DNA of 63,299 nt, filler included, from Reticulomyxa filosa (taxonomy: Eukaryota > Protista > Foraminifera): assembly GCA_000512085.1 (NCBI GenBank). It is 9 parts of 9 records of this genome, joined end to end, with 100 filler letters (N's around TTAATTAATTAA, not from the genome) between each part and the next. Parts side by side here need not be neighbours in the genome. Positions count along the whole stretch, not along the records: positions 33,009 to 41,762 come from ASPP01000139.1; positions 41,863 to 42,923 come from ASPP01010390.1; positions 43,024 to 44,333 come from ASPP01041497.1; positions 44,434 to 47,371 come from ASPP01029548.1; positions 47,472 to 49,686 come from ASPP01005789.1; positions 49,787 to 62,139 come from ASPP01019167.1; 3 more parts are not named here. One strand, given 5' to 3'. Below are positions 34,261-49,965 of this stretch, piece by piece. The notes under the pieces are model-generated. The model ran no database searches. It was not told where the DNA came from and saw only the letters and a program-made list of their open reading frames with translations. How positions within the stretch are numbered: position 1 is the stretch's first letter; the number at the start of each line of letters is the position of its first letter. A program made the position numbers and the translations under genes.

Positions 34261-36491
34261 ATATGTGGGGCTGCTTCTGCTATAATGTTTATGCCTTAGA
34301 ATAAAATCCGTTAATATTATTCTAGAATGCATTTGGTTTCACAATGTAATTTCATCTCTTGTTCGATTACCAACCCTAATCTACATCAACGTCTGGTTAA
34401 TTAATTGTAATAAGAATTGTAATTGCTGGAATGATTATTTAATTTCTGCTAATGCACGTCTTAGCGCTAATATCAACCGCAAAATAGACAAATTTTGCAA
34501 TGAAATTTCCATGAAGTCTCGCGCTAATATCTTTCTGGACATAATATTCTTGTTCTTTAATCCCATGGACTTAATCACCGAATTATCTGATTTTTGTCCT
34601 TTGTACTTAATTGAAGGAACGACAATTGTTGGAGTATTTGCACACAGTAATTGTCGTCGAACTTGTATATTCTTTTTCCACACGTTCTCAAATGTAATCT
34701 CACACAACGACTTGCAAGTCTTGTCTAGAATACTTCGCGCTTCTTCACATCACAAACCGGTGTTTTCCTTGGAATTCCGACCTTCGTAGTTCTGCCAAAC
34801 AGAAAAAACATTGTATTCACATCGATATTGCCACTTCCTCAAAGGCTTAAGGCAAGCAATGTTCGATCTTCTCCTACAAACCTCCCATTTCCAGTAAAAT
34901 GGTTACTATCCCTTTTGATTTTCCAATGACTATCTTCAAGGTTTCAAATAACTCTTCCAATTAATTTGTCCTAATTTTCTTAATGAAAATTTTTCCAAGA
35001 TCTTGAATACTGATATTCCAAAATTAGCTTCAAATTTTGAAAGATCTTGCTTTACTTACCTAAATCCCTTCAAAAAAAAACTTTTGCAGTAAGTTGAAAA
35101 TGATAAATTGTGATAAAAAAATTTTTTCTTCTTTGATCTGAATACTTCTTGCAATAAACATACATTTGGCTGCTTCTGATGCAAATTCCGTTCTAATGTT
35201 TAGTATTCTCAATGTTGATTTCATTTCTTAACCCGATGTTGATGCATATGTTGATTGGAAATCGATCAAGCAATTTCCAATTCACACCTTATCGATGAAA
35301 TTTCATTATCATCATGTTTTCAAAGTGTTGAAGTATCATAAAATATTGCAATTCAATATACTTCTTTCAACATGAAAGAAAACCAAACAAAAAAAAATTT
35401 AAACAATCATTATAATCAAAAAAGGCGCAAAGTTATTTGATTGACTTGTTTAGTAATCCAAGAATTGATTCCTGAAATTAATATATTAATTACCTTTGTA
35501 AACCAGACATCATGACCAATTTTGTTAACGCAGTATCTAAGTTTGTTATTAATACCAATATATTTGAACAATTTTCAAATTCCTTTAAGACAAATTTCAA
35601 TTTAAATTGATTATTTTAGTCGTTGTAAGATTTGTATTATTTCTTTTTTTTTTATTACTTTCTTATGCGAGATCATACTTTGCCCATTAATTTTTACGCT
35701 TTTTTTCCGTTGGAAAAAACTACATCATTAGACCTAATGCTTGATAGAAATGAAAACCAGTGACAATTACTAGAACCAAAGTGGTATATTATGTTTTGCT
35801 TCAGACTTTTAATTGCAGCAAAATACAATTAGAATACGATCACAAAGTGCAGAATACAAAACAAGTTCTTTGGTCCTTTGGAAACAGAACCAGTAAACTG
35901 AGGAGAAAAAAAAAGTGAACAGTACGAATTATTTGCTCAAAGTGACAAAAATATCCAAAGATTGGATTGTTCCATGTATTTATTTCTAGTACAAAAAATT
36001 TAATTTTTTCTTTAAGATCACGATCAACATCCATTATTTTCTGTAAAGTACGATACAAAAAAAAAATGAACAGTAAAAAAATTGAAATAAATCCGTGATC
36101 TTTATTGTTTAAACAGGTCACTGAACTGCTTTTTGAAGAAAAATAAAAACAAAGCTTGTCAGTTTGTCTCATTGGTTTCATCCCATCATAAATTTTTCAT
36201 AAAAAAAACCAAACACAAAACAGCAATAAAAAGGATTTGGAAAACAATATGAAAAAATAAAATTAAAAAAAAACAACACAAACTTTTTTGAAAAAATAAT
36301 ATATATATCAAATGATGGATTAGGAAGATATAACATGAAAACAACCCAAACAGGAAGTGAGTCCGACTCAATTCAAATTAAAAAAAAAATTTGTTTTCGT
36401 TCTGCCTTGCAACAGAGGACATGATCACCTCTTCAGTAAGTTTCGAGATGTGAAGCAAACGCAACTCTCATGCATAACTGGAATAAAAAGA

Positions 36492-40054
<3,563 letters not shown>

Positions 40055-41339
40055 TGATCATTCCTTCCCCAAAAATTTTTTTTAAATTTTCAAACTGTCA
40101 ACAATAAATTACTTATTCCTTTTGCAATAAATTAAATAAGTATGAAAATGATCAGCTTTCTTTTGTTTTCTCTTAGACACTTCTGTCTTTACAACGAAAA
40201 TAGCAATTTTAAAAAATATTTGTACTGTGTTCAGTAATACTTGCAAATTTAAGTTGCAGTAACTTCGATAATTAAAACCTTATCATAATTAAAATAGAAC
40301 CTCGTCCTAAAGGCGCATATTATTATAAAGAACAAAAAAAAGGAAAAGATCAACAAAATTTGTCAAACTTACACCTGATGACAAGCAAGAAAACAATTAT
40401 TTTAAGTTTTATTTAAACTTTTAAAGATTAAAAAAACAAATTAAATGTCAAGTGTCGAATGTCGATGTCAATCAACAGTTATGAAAACAATTTTGGCTTT
40501 TACATCGGATTTGTCAGTTATATTCTAGGCAAAATAATCTTAGTCATTGTTTTCGAATTGTTCAATTATAATAAATATTGATATTCAATACTTCTTTCAA
40601 AAAATCAAGAAAATAAAACAAAAAATATATTTAATCCCATTTTTGTTTGTTATATTGTGGATATCTGACTTAACTCGATATTATAATATATTTATATGTA
40701 TTTTCAACTATTATAAAAAATTTTACTAATAAAAAAAGAAACTAATTTCTTTTTTAAGATGCAATGCGCAACTAGCGATAAACTTGAAAACCGAGTTAGT
40801 CCGCATTATTCAAAAGAACATAGCGCACATTAAAAAAAAGAAAACGAAACAAATAATAATGCACACAAATACTTAAAATAGAAAAAATTTATCATGTTGT
40901 AATATTTGTTGGTCTTACATTGTTTTGTTTTTTCTGACTTTGTTTTTTGATATAATTCTGTAGCTGATTTAATGCTATCTGAATTGTTTGAACCTCCATA
41001 TTAAGCTCTTCAGCTTCTTTTATCAAAGAAAAAATGATCTCTTTATCTGTTTATTTTCTTTTGATCGTTGAAATTTTTTCTAAATTTTTCAAATGATTGT
41101 TATATTTGCACATTTTGCTTTCCTTTTGATTTAGAATGTCAGCTTTTTCAATATTTTCAATTTATTATTTTTCTTCGAAACTTTTTCTTTAATTGCCATC
41201 TTGTAAAATCAGCATGTTTTTAACAGCATTAACATCTGATTTTTATTGTTTTACTTGTTTTGTTTATTATTGTTACTTGTATAAAACAAATTATTAGATT
41301 TTTTTTTGTTTTCTATCTTGTTTGACCGAATTGTAATGA

Positions 41340-41640
41340 ATGTAAATAACATATTGTGATTTCGAATCTCGATTGCTTTTATATTATGACATTCATCCAC
41401 AAGTTCTGCCTTGATGCAGTCGACGTTTTCATCTAGCCCAATACCCTTAATAGCAACTTCTTTTTGCTTGTATTCGTTGTCAAAAATATAACATGTAATA
41501 TCTTTATTAACTGTTTATTCATTTATCTTTTCAACAATTTTTGCTAGTTGTTGATTGTTACTCTTGGTCTAGACATATCATTAACTTCATGTTTTTATAA
41601 TCGAAAATGAATCAAATATTCCAATAACTTACGATATGTT
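41340..41640 (-). mobile_element. Second decayed Gag/ORF1-like fragment, paralogous to 33293-33712
   Basis: Minus strand encodes KDITCYIFDNEYKQKEVAIKGIGLDENVDCIKAEL, which aligns with KYIICHVPDSEFKTKGVVVKGIYPEEDIADIQSEL. Confidence 0.6.
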
Positions 41641-41643
41641 CAA

Positions 41644-41759
41644 TTACAGTAAGTTGCAAAGAAAACTGAACGCCTAAAACATATATTATGATGATAATTG
41701 ATTTTCTCAATGAAAAATCAACATTTAGACCTAATTTTTTTTTAAAAATATCTACAAGT
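41644..41759 (-). repeat. ~115-bp dispersed repeat; near-identical copy at 49852-49965, diverged copy at ~26977-27075
   Basis: Reverse complement matches 49852-49965 with about 4 substitutions and a small indel. Confidence 0.9.
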
Positions 41760-41762
41760 CTT

Positions 41763-41862
41763 NNNNNNNNNNNNNNNNNNNNNNNNNNNNNNNNNNNNNN
41801 NNNNNNTTAATTAATTAANNNNNNNNNNNNNNNNNNNNNNNNNNNNNNNNNNNNNNNNNNNN
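41763..41862. other. Artificial contig spacer
   Basis: N44-TTAATTAATTAA-N44. Confidence 0.99.
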
Positions 41863-41954
41863 AAGTTGGTTTTGCCGGGATGAAAGGTTGCAGATATATC
41901 GTCCAGAATAACCCGGTCGTTAAAACTCTTTTTAATATGAACCAGTTCAATCAT
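41863..41954 (-). CDS. mlaF: ABC transporter ATP-binding protein MlaF-like, N-terminal fragment (bacterial)
   Basis: MIELVHIKKSFNDRVILDDISATFHPGKTN. Its ATG overlaps the mlaE stop (TAATG). Confidence 0.75.
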
Positions 41955-42697
41955 TATTTGCTCAATAAGATGTCTGACAGGATATAATCGAAAATAATAA
42001 CCGCAACGGCGCTGTATACCACCGATTTGGTGCTGCTCTGACCAACTTCTAATGCACCACCTTCTGTACGGTAGCCATGGTATGCGCTAATGCTGGTAAT
42101 TAAAAAAGCAAAGGTGGTGGCTTTAATCAGCGAGAAGGTTACTGAAAAAGGCAGAAAATCGGTACGTAAACCACGTACATAATAATCAACACTAATTAAC
42201 TCTCCAAGTATGCCTGAAAGCGCACCTCCGATAATAGACAAAGCCATGGCGTATACCACCAGTAGAGGGAAAGTAACAATGGCTGCTATAATTTTAGGCA
42301 ACACCAGGTAATTGGCAGAGTTGATACCCATAATTTCCAGCGCATCAATTTGCTCTGTAACTTTCATCGTACCCATTTCGGATGCGATGCTGCTGCCTAC
42401 CTTGCCCGCAAGTACCAGGCTGGTAATGGTGGGAGAAAACTCCAGAATGTTACTGTCGCGCACAAATGTACCCAACATATACTCGGGTACTAAACCGCTT
42501 ACCAACTGTACACCAATTTGAATGGTAGATACAGCTCCGGTAAACACAGAAATGAGCGATACGATACCAAATGAGCCTACTCCAATGGAATACATTTCGT
42601 GTATGGTTTGACGGAAGAACACAGACGACCGCTCAGGACGCTTAAATAGGCCTAGCAGGAAGAGGGTGTAATTGCCGAAATGCTCAAAAAACTTCAT
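41954..42697 (-). CDS. mlaE: MlaE-family ABC transporter permease (bacterial, Bacteroidota-like)
   Basis: LEFSPTITSLVLAGKVGSSIASEMGTMKVTEQIDALEIMG, GGALEVGQSSTKSVV; multiple TM helices; intronless. Confidence 0.95.
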   Translation of the reverse strand: MKFFEHFGNYTLFLLGLFKRPERSSVFFRQTIHEMYSIGVGSFGIVSLISVFTGAVSTIQIGVQLVSGLVPEYMLGTFVRDSNILEFSPTITSLVLAGKVGSSIASEMGTMKVTEQIDALEIMGINSANYLVLPKIIAAIVTFPLLVVYAMALSIIGGALSGILGELISVDYYVRGLRTDFLPFSVTFSLIKATTFAFLITSISAYHGYRTEGGALEVGQSSTKSVVYSAVAVIIFDYILSDILLSK

Positions 42698-42777
42698 AAA
42701 ACGCCATTGTTGTATCGGGCGGTAAATATATGCATACTTAACCCTATTTTTGACGTTTTAATTTTTACCTTTCATTC

Positions 42778-42923
42778 ATGAATAAATCAGTTGTAGTTAC
42801 CGGATGTACCAAAGGAATTGGGTTGGCTGTGGCAACCGCATTTGCTAATGCCGGATTTAGGGTGCTGGGATGTGCTCGTAATCAGGCTGATATTAAAGCG
42901 TTACAACAGTTACTCGGCCAAAT
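42778..42923 (+). CDS. Short-chain dehydrogenase/reductase, N-terminal fragment (bacterial)
   Basis: VVVTGCTKGIG (TGxxxGIG) Rossmann motif, GCARN. Confidence 0.9.
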
Positions 42924-43023
42924 NNNNNNNNNNNNNNNNNNNNNNNNNNNNNNNNNNNNNNNNNNNNTTAATTAATTAANNNNNNNNNNNNNNNNNNNNN
43001 NNNNNNNNNNNNNNNNNNNNNNN
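42924..43023. other. Artificial contig spacer
   Basis: N44-TTAATTAATTAA-N44. Confidence 0.99.
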
Positions 43024-44293
43024 GCTGGAAATTTGCGGAGTTCTTCAACGCAACAACGTTATGATGAGATCCAAGAGAAGTTGGTTTTCGAGCTTTTATT
43101 GCGAGAAGCAGACTTGGACCGTACGATATTGTTGCAAGTGTTGAACGAGAGGCAAATCAACGGCCTGGATAAGTTGAACACTGCACAAGCGTTACAAACA
43201 ATAGTAACCATGACAAGACAGCGTATGCATGAAAGAAACGCAAGCAAAAAAGGAGCAGAAGCAGAAGCAGACGAAGAAGAATACGAAAATGAACACGAAA
43301 ACGGAGTGGAAGACAAAAAGAACCAAAAAACAAAAAATCCAGACGGCAAGTCGCAACATTTGCCTATACAGATACAAATCGGTCTCCATCGAGACAGCAC
43401 GAGATTGTTTTGCAACCAATTAAAAAATTTCAAGGCGAGGATGAATGAAATAACAGTGCGAATCCAATGTCATTCGGCACTGAATGAAATGGTGAATAAA
43501 GTAAACGAACGACTGCAGCATAGCGAGTTGAGAGAGCTGTGCGAAGAAAAAGCGCATCTGAAGCTGACACAAAAGCAAGTGGAAAACGATCACACTCGCG
43601 ATTCAGACGCGCTGCAACAGGCTATTCACTCATTGCAACAGCAGACAGAAAATGAAAAAAAGTCGCAAGAAAATTATTTGCTGACCAAAATTGCATTGGA
43701 TAATAATATTATCACAAGTCGAAACCATTTGGACGAACTCATCCTGCAATCCAAAAAATTTTCTCTGCTTAAAGACGTATCTCAATTTTCCGATTCAAAT
43801 AAACGACGTCTTTTGCAGTTAATTTATTTATTATTATAAAAAAAAAAAAAGTATGCATTGATTGTTATTACACCCTTTTTTTTTTTTTACCAAGTTTTTT
43901 TTAGGATAATTTTTTTTCGTTTTCAAAAACAGGTTTTTGGATTTGGAAGATTGGCGCGAACTTTGCTTGACTTCGAAGGCGTGGTATTACAATTATTACA
44001 GGCCCAAGTTTTTAATGCAATTGACTGCAATCAGACTGAAGAGATATTGCTGGGAACCCCCGGCTCCTGGCACACCCGCCTCCGTCGTCGAAGCATCGTC
44101 TAAGCAAGTACGTAGCGCAATACTTACACTCAAGTTTGATGAAGGGAGCAGCACCAATATCCTTGTTTCCCGGCGCGTGCAGGCTAAGCCTGATGATATT
44201 TACCAGCGATGTATGCAGCAGTTGCAAATGCTTATAGCACAAGCCGAGCAAGACAGAGACGAATTGGAAGAGCGTTCTAAAGCAGGTCACTAA
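43024..44293 (+). CDS. 3' part of a eukaryotic coiled-coil protein with a possible F-box-like motif; 2 exons
   Basis: Coiled-coil ORF 43033-43839, AT-rich intron, then FLDLEDWRELCLTSKAWY resembling the F-box pattern FLxxxDLxxLxxVxKxW. Confidence 0.5.
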
Positions 44294-44333
44294 ACTTTTT
44301 TTTATAGATAAGAGAGAGACGACGAGGCGGGGG

Positions 44334-44433
44334 NNNNNNNNNNNNNNNNNNNNNNNNNNNNNNNNNNNNNNNNNNNNTTAATTAATTAANNNNNNNNNNN
44401 NNNNNNNNNNNNNNNNNNNNNNNNNNNNNNNNN
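44334..44433. other. Artificial contig spacer
   Basis: N44-TTAATTAATTAA-N44. Confidence 0.99.
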
Positions 44434-44536
44434 AAATATATACATATATATATTATAACAAAAAAAAAAAAAATTTAAAAAAATTGTCACTTATATTATA
44501 TACTATTGCTGTTGTTATTGTTATTTGTAAAAATAT

Positions 44537-45738
44537 TTAAATTATAACCAAATTGAAATCCTTGAGATTGACACAAATCACCCCAATCCAATATTGCACG
44601 TTTGCATCCATTGACCATTCTAAATAAAGGTCATGATAAGTCCAGCGATAGCTAGCAACAGCTTGATTAGAATCTTTTCCAGAACAAGTATCCCAATAAT
44701 TTACCCATTGCCGGCCACAATCGTTGTAAAAATATGAAGCAAAAATAAGTGGTATTACAATACATATCAATGTTTGTAAGCATAATGTTATATAACTATA
44801 CCATTTTTGAGATAGTTTGCGATTGTGAATACCGGCAATATAAAATATTAATTCAATTATATAAATAGAAAGATTTGGTGCTATCAAAGAATTATGTAAA
44901 GATAATGCCAATGACATTATCACTTGAATAGTATAAACCAATTTTGTAGATATATGTAGAGTATTATTATCTGGAAATGATTCAAATGCAAAATATAACA
45001 TCACAATAGTAGCAATTAAAGTCCAGCCAATAAATAATAATACCAATATTATTCCTTTTTGCCAAGTAAAAGAATCTACTGTATCATCGAAAGTATCCTC
45101 AGAAATATCTGTTGTAATAAATGAAGGATTTACAGTCCATTGGAATGCATATACTAAAACAACAATGTTGGATAATAAAACAATGATTATCAATAGAATT
45201 ATGGCAGTCAATGACAAATCTTCAACGTACGCCAATGAAAAATGAGACAACAAATATCCTTTCTCATAATATGTGGTATTCATTGCATAGATTATCACCA
45301 AAGAAATGACAACTACTGCCGCAAACCAATTATTAAACCATTTCAATAATGTTTTCATTTGTTTGAACCCGATATGATCTGGAAGCTTTCGAATTTTGAA
45401 ACAGCATATCATTTTGTTATTACACAATCTCTTGACAGTCGAGCAGCTCATTAATTTTCGCAAAGATAAAAATAAAATGATTAGCATAATAAATCCAATT
45501 AACATTGTTTCAGTAAAATCACTTTCTTTTGTAACATATAGATTTTTTGCATTTCTTTCATCTTTTGACACATACTCTGGTAACTCCTGATTTCGGAATA
45601 TTTGATACCATTCCTTGCTTGCTGAAAATCGGTTGCCTAATAAATATAATCCATTTTCCAATTTGGTGCTGACATTAAATGATAGCAGCAGTTCTATTTT
45701 TAATTCAATGCTTTTTTTAAAATAATATATAAAAACAC

Positions 45739-45770
<32 letters not shown>

Positions 45771-47371
45771 ACCTGATCCATCATAAATGGTCGCAATAGT
45801 GTTTATTTTGTTAGCATTCGTTTGAATTAAATTACTTGGCATTACACCGGACAAACGATTTTGTATTAATGTAACAAATCTAATGCTTCCTTGAACGTCA
45901 CTCGATGGCAACACTCCATTAATTTCACATCCATGTGCAAGAAACATTTCTAATGCGATATCATACAAACTGCTTGGAAGATGTCCTGTCAAATGTGGAT
46001 TATCATAAATGGATAATATCTGTAATGCTGGTGCTTTCTTAAATAATTTATTCAACCTTAAATTATTTATATTTGATTTTAAATTTGCAAAAAAAAAAAA
46101 TAAAACAACTTTTTTCTTTTTTTTTTTTTTTTTTGAATATATACACACATATATATACCAATCATGTAAATTGTGATCTGAAAATTGATTCATATGCAGT
46201 GTCAAAATTGATGTAAAATTCATTTGATCAGGTAATTTCGGCAAATCTCCACTAAACATATTCTTTTCCAAAGAGAGCATAAATAATTCTTTCCAATGAT
46301 AAGAATCGCCAAATGGAATAGTCCCACTCAACATATTATTATTGAGTACTATAATTTGCAAGAATGGTAATATATCCAATTGTGGTAACTCACCACTCAA
46401 TCTATTAAAAAAAAAAAAAAAATTTTTTTTGATAAGTAAATCAAATTAATTTAAAAAAAAAAAAAAAAAACTTATTGTCCCCCAGCATCAAATATTGTAA
46501 ACCACTCATATTTTCAATTCCTTTTGGTATTGTACCAGTCAATTTATTTCGAGATAATCCCAAAAGGACCAAATACAATAGATTTTCAATTTCTACTGGA
46601 ATTGTGCCAGTCAATTCATTTTGATTGAGAAATAAATATCCCAAATTAACTAGATTTCCAATCTCTTTTGGTATTGTGCCAGAGAGCCTACAAACAAAAA
46701 AGAAAAAAAAAAAAAAATGCACATTTTCTAAAGGAAAAAAAGAAGGCTTACCAATTTTGATCCAAACCCAAATAATTGAGTTCGATTAAATTTCCAATTT
46801 CTGATGGAATGGTACCATTTAATCTTTTTTATTATATAAACATAAAGAGTTAAAATTTTTTTTTTTTTTTCTTTTTTTGGTATATTTAACTCATTTCGTC
46901 TAAGATATAATACCATTAAATTTGTTAAATTTTTAATTTCAAGTGGTATTGTACCGGTTAAACTAATCGATTTCATTGAAAAAGCATATCTATTTTTTGT
47001 ATTTTAAAAAAAATGTAATGCAATGTCAAACTCAACTTATTAGCACTCAGATCCAATGTCACTAATTCCGTTAAATTTCCGACCTCTTTGGGTATGGAGC
47101 CAGATAGCCTTTTTAGATTATTTAAGAATTGCGTTTATTTTGTGCTATGTATAATATAAAACTAAACTGATTATTATGCAACGAAAGAGTGTTCAATTCA
47201 GTCAAAAGGCCAATTTCTGGAGGGATTGTGCCACTTAGTCTTGAAGTATTCACAAATTGCACAGATATGTATTTTGCTTAAAAAAAAAAAGACTTTTCAA
47301 TATATGTGTATACACATTTCTCAAACCTCATTGAATACAGATACAAAAATTGCAAATTGATCAAATTTCCA
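44537..47371 (-). CDS. LRR ectodomain plus multipass membrane protein (receptor-like); probably partial at both ends
   Basis: 24-aa LRRs of type LxGxIPxEIGNLxxLxxLxLxxN, followed by at least 6 hydrophobic helices in 44740-45520. Confidence 0.88.
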
Positions 47372-47471
47372 NNNNNNNNNNNNNNNNNNNNNNNNNNNNN
47401 NNNNNNNNNNNNNNNTTAATTAATTAANNNNNNNNNNNNNNNNNNNNNNNNNNNNNNNNNNNNNNNNNNNN
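47372..47471. other. Artificial contig spacer
   Basis: N44-TTAATTAATTAA-N44. Confidence 0.99.
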
Positions 47472-47475
47472 TAAG

Positions 47476-47506
<31 letters not shown>

Positions 47507-47524
47507 GGGTAAAAAAAAAAATAG

Positions 47525-47549
<25 letters not shown>

Positions 47550-47558
<9 letters not shown>

Positions 47559-48363
47559 AAACATAACAATAGCACCCGAAATATTGATCAAAGCAATAAT
47601 TTTGTGGTGTTTGATTGGTGGAGATGGAGTACGTTCGGAGAGTTTGGAGTTGGAATTGGAATTGGAATTGGGTGGAATGGGATGGAAAAAAAATCTCGTC
47701 TTGATTCTGTTGGAGCAATTGAAGGGACTTTTTAAACTTGTATCGCGAAGTGGCAAGATATTGAGCGGGAGTGACGGAGTCGATAGATTGAGATGGAGGC
47801 ACCTGTTTTTGCAAGTAACACATTTCCGACAGTTTGCATTGGAATTGTCTCCAATGAATCTCTTCATCCGCCAAACGCAATGCAATGGCTTCATCGGGCG
47901 TTAATGGAGACGTGTCGATAATGCGTTGAGCCTCTTCAAATGTGATGTTCAACTTTTCGGCAATAAAAAACAAATACTGGTCAAATAGATCTTTGCCGAT
48001 ACTTTCCATCGCTTCGCGACATTCTTTGGAAAAGCCCTCCAATAGAAATCGGTCCATCAGCGACTTGTACTTTTCTCGCTTTACCACAAAGGGTACAATG
48101 CCAAGTCGATCCAATAGTCCTTTGTAAAACACGCCTGCTATCGACACTCCGTTCGTGTTTATCACCGCCGTCGGCTGCAAGTATATGTTGTCACTGCACG
48201 ACGCCAATACTAAGTCTTTCAAAGATATCGTCTTTCCATATGACATTACAAATTTGCCTTGCCTTTGAAACTCGCGTAATTCTTCTACTATCTCTTGTGT
48301 CTATTGCAATTATTTGTTTAAATATTCATATACATATATATACATATATATACATATATATAC

Positions 48364-48415
<52 letters not shown>

Positions 48416-49037
48416 GTATATAATATAATAAGTCCACAACCCCTTCTCGAAATTCAACTTTAGCTAAGCCTATGGTCGAACCTTGCTCCAACACTAATGA
48501 TATCCCCAACACCGTATCATCATGTGCTGCTCTTCGAATCAATTTGATCAAGTTCGAAAAGGTCACTGTGTCTCCTGCAAACCAAGCAGACCGCGCTTCT
48601 GATACTGAATTTCGAATATTTGCGGTTCGGATTTGGATTACTTTTTTTTCTGTCTTTCTTCCTTTTTTTTTTTTTTAAAAAAAAAAAATATTCCAATCCA
48701 ACTCATACATACTCTTTTTTTCCCTCTCAACTTCTTGCTTCACTTTTCCATTTGCGACCATTAAAAACAATAAACATAATATCACTGGCGTAAAACGCAC
48801 GTTTTGAAAAGAAAACCACGATTGAAATTTATTTCTTTTCTTCAAACTTTTCAATTGAGTTTCGATTTGCTCCAATTGTTCTCCCATCCCTTTTGTTTTC
48901 CTCTCTCCAATGTTCTTTGCGCTGGTTCCAAAAGGCTTTCGAGACACTACCCAAGTGGAGAGCAACAACGAACGCCTTTGTAACACTGAATAAGGATGAG
49001 AACAATGTGGACGCAGTGAGGTTAAGAAAGATGTCAT
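47550..49037 (-). CDS. sppA: Signal peptide peptidase A / protease IV (S49, long form); spliced; probable mitochondrial presequence; 3' truncated
   Basis: IRRAAHDDTVLGI, LASCSDNIYLQP, FYKGLLDRLGI..REKYKS, IALINISGAI. N-terminus is R/S/L-rich with no acidic residues and is followed by a TM segment. Confidence 0.85.
48325..48421. repeat. (TA)n/(TACATA)n intronic microsatellite
   Basis: Direct dinucleotide run inside an sppA intron. Confidence 0.9.
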
Positions 49038-49317
49038 TTCAGATGCAAATATTCCTAAAAAAGGATATTATAGTTTTATATATCTATTAACTAATCCCCC
49101 TTTTTTTAGTTTAGAAAGTTCTGTGACTGTACCCTATATAAAATGATTTTCACACTCAAACTATTTTGTCTTATTATTTCAGATGCTTACGCAAATGCTT
49201 GTTTGCTTATTCAGAGTTTTGTTTTGTTGATGTGCAAAAGCCATGGATATGAAATGCATGAAATTCATTATTATTGGAAGGGAGAAAAAAAGACACATAA
49301 GGACAAACGTAAAGTGA

Positions 49318-49635
49318 TCAACTATCAAATGTCGAAACAAAAAAAAAAAAAAGAGAAGTGAAGAAATTAGTCAAGAACAGCACGAGAAAGCAAAGGTTTG
49401 GAGTGTCGCACAAAGAGCACTGATTGACAGACTTGTGATTTTTCAAAGTGCATTGTGGACATGACCATTCAAACTCGCCCAGTTCATTAACAGAACGTGG
49501 ATTGTCAGAGGCATTCTTGTGGCTGGTGCTATTGCTAAGCTGTGAATTTGAGTTAGTAGTTTTAGGGATATTGACAATTGTATCTGTTTCAACATCAAAT
49601 GCGTTGGAACCGAAAGGGTTTGAATTCGGTTCCAA
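49318..49635 (-). CDS. Fragment of a protein with a RanBP2/NZF-type zinc finger
   Basis: WSCPQCTLKNHKSVNQCSLCDTP matches W-x-C-x2-C-x3-N-x6-C-x2-C. Confidence 0.8.
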   Translation of the reverse strand: MEPNSNPFGSNAFDVETDTIVNIPKTTNSNSQLSNSTSHKNASDNPRSVNELGEFEWSCPQCTLKNHKSVNQCSLCDTPNLCFLVLFLTNFFTSLFFFFVSTFDS

Positions 49636-49686
49636 CGTTGGAACCGAAAGGGTTTGAATTCCGGGTTTTTTAAAAACCCGGGAATT

Positions 49687-49786
49687 NNNNNNNNNNNNNN
49701 NNNNNNNNNNNNNNNNNNNNNNNNNNNNNNTTAATTAATTAANNNNNNNNNNNNNNNNNNNNNNNNNNNNNNNNNNNNNNNNNNNN
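49687..49786. other. Artificial contig spacer
   Basis: N44-TTAATTAATTAA-N44. Confidence 0.99.
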
Positions 49787-49851
49787 TGTTGATTTCATCT
49801 AACAAAAAAAAAAGTTATTAAAAAATCAATATCATATTTAAAAACTACAAT

Positions 49852-49965
49852 ACTTGTAGATATTTAAAAAAAAATTAGGTCTAAATGTTGATTTTTCATT
49901 GATAAAATCAATTATCATCATAAGATATGTTTTATGCGTTCAGTTTTCTTTGCAACCTACTGTAA
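49852..49965 (+). repeat. Copy of the ~115-bp dispersed repeat at 41644-41759
   Basis: acttgtagatattt...aattaggtctaaatgttgatttttcattga...cagttttctttgcaac.tactgtaa. Confidence 0.9.

Noticed and set aside
34435-34800. Possible decayed TRAF-type zinc-finger gene on the minus strand
   Set aside because: Too few Cys/His residues retained to support the call by eye.
41863-42923. Bacterial mla genes as horizontal transfer into the protist
   Set aside because: Isolated contig with operon-style coupling, no introns and no eukaryotic flank.
49600-49686. Palindrome plus duplication (gttggaaccgaaagggtttgaattc twice) at the contig end
   Set aside because: Lies at a low-quality contig terminus next to homopolymer noise; most likely a read-end or assembly artefact.
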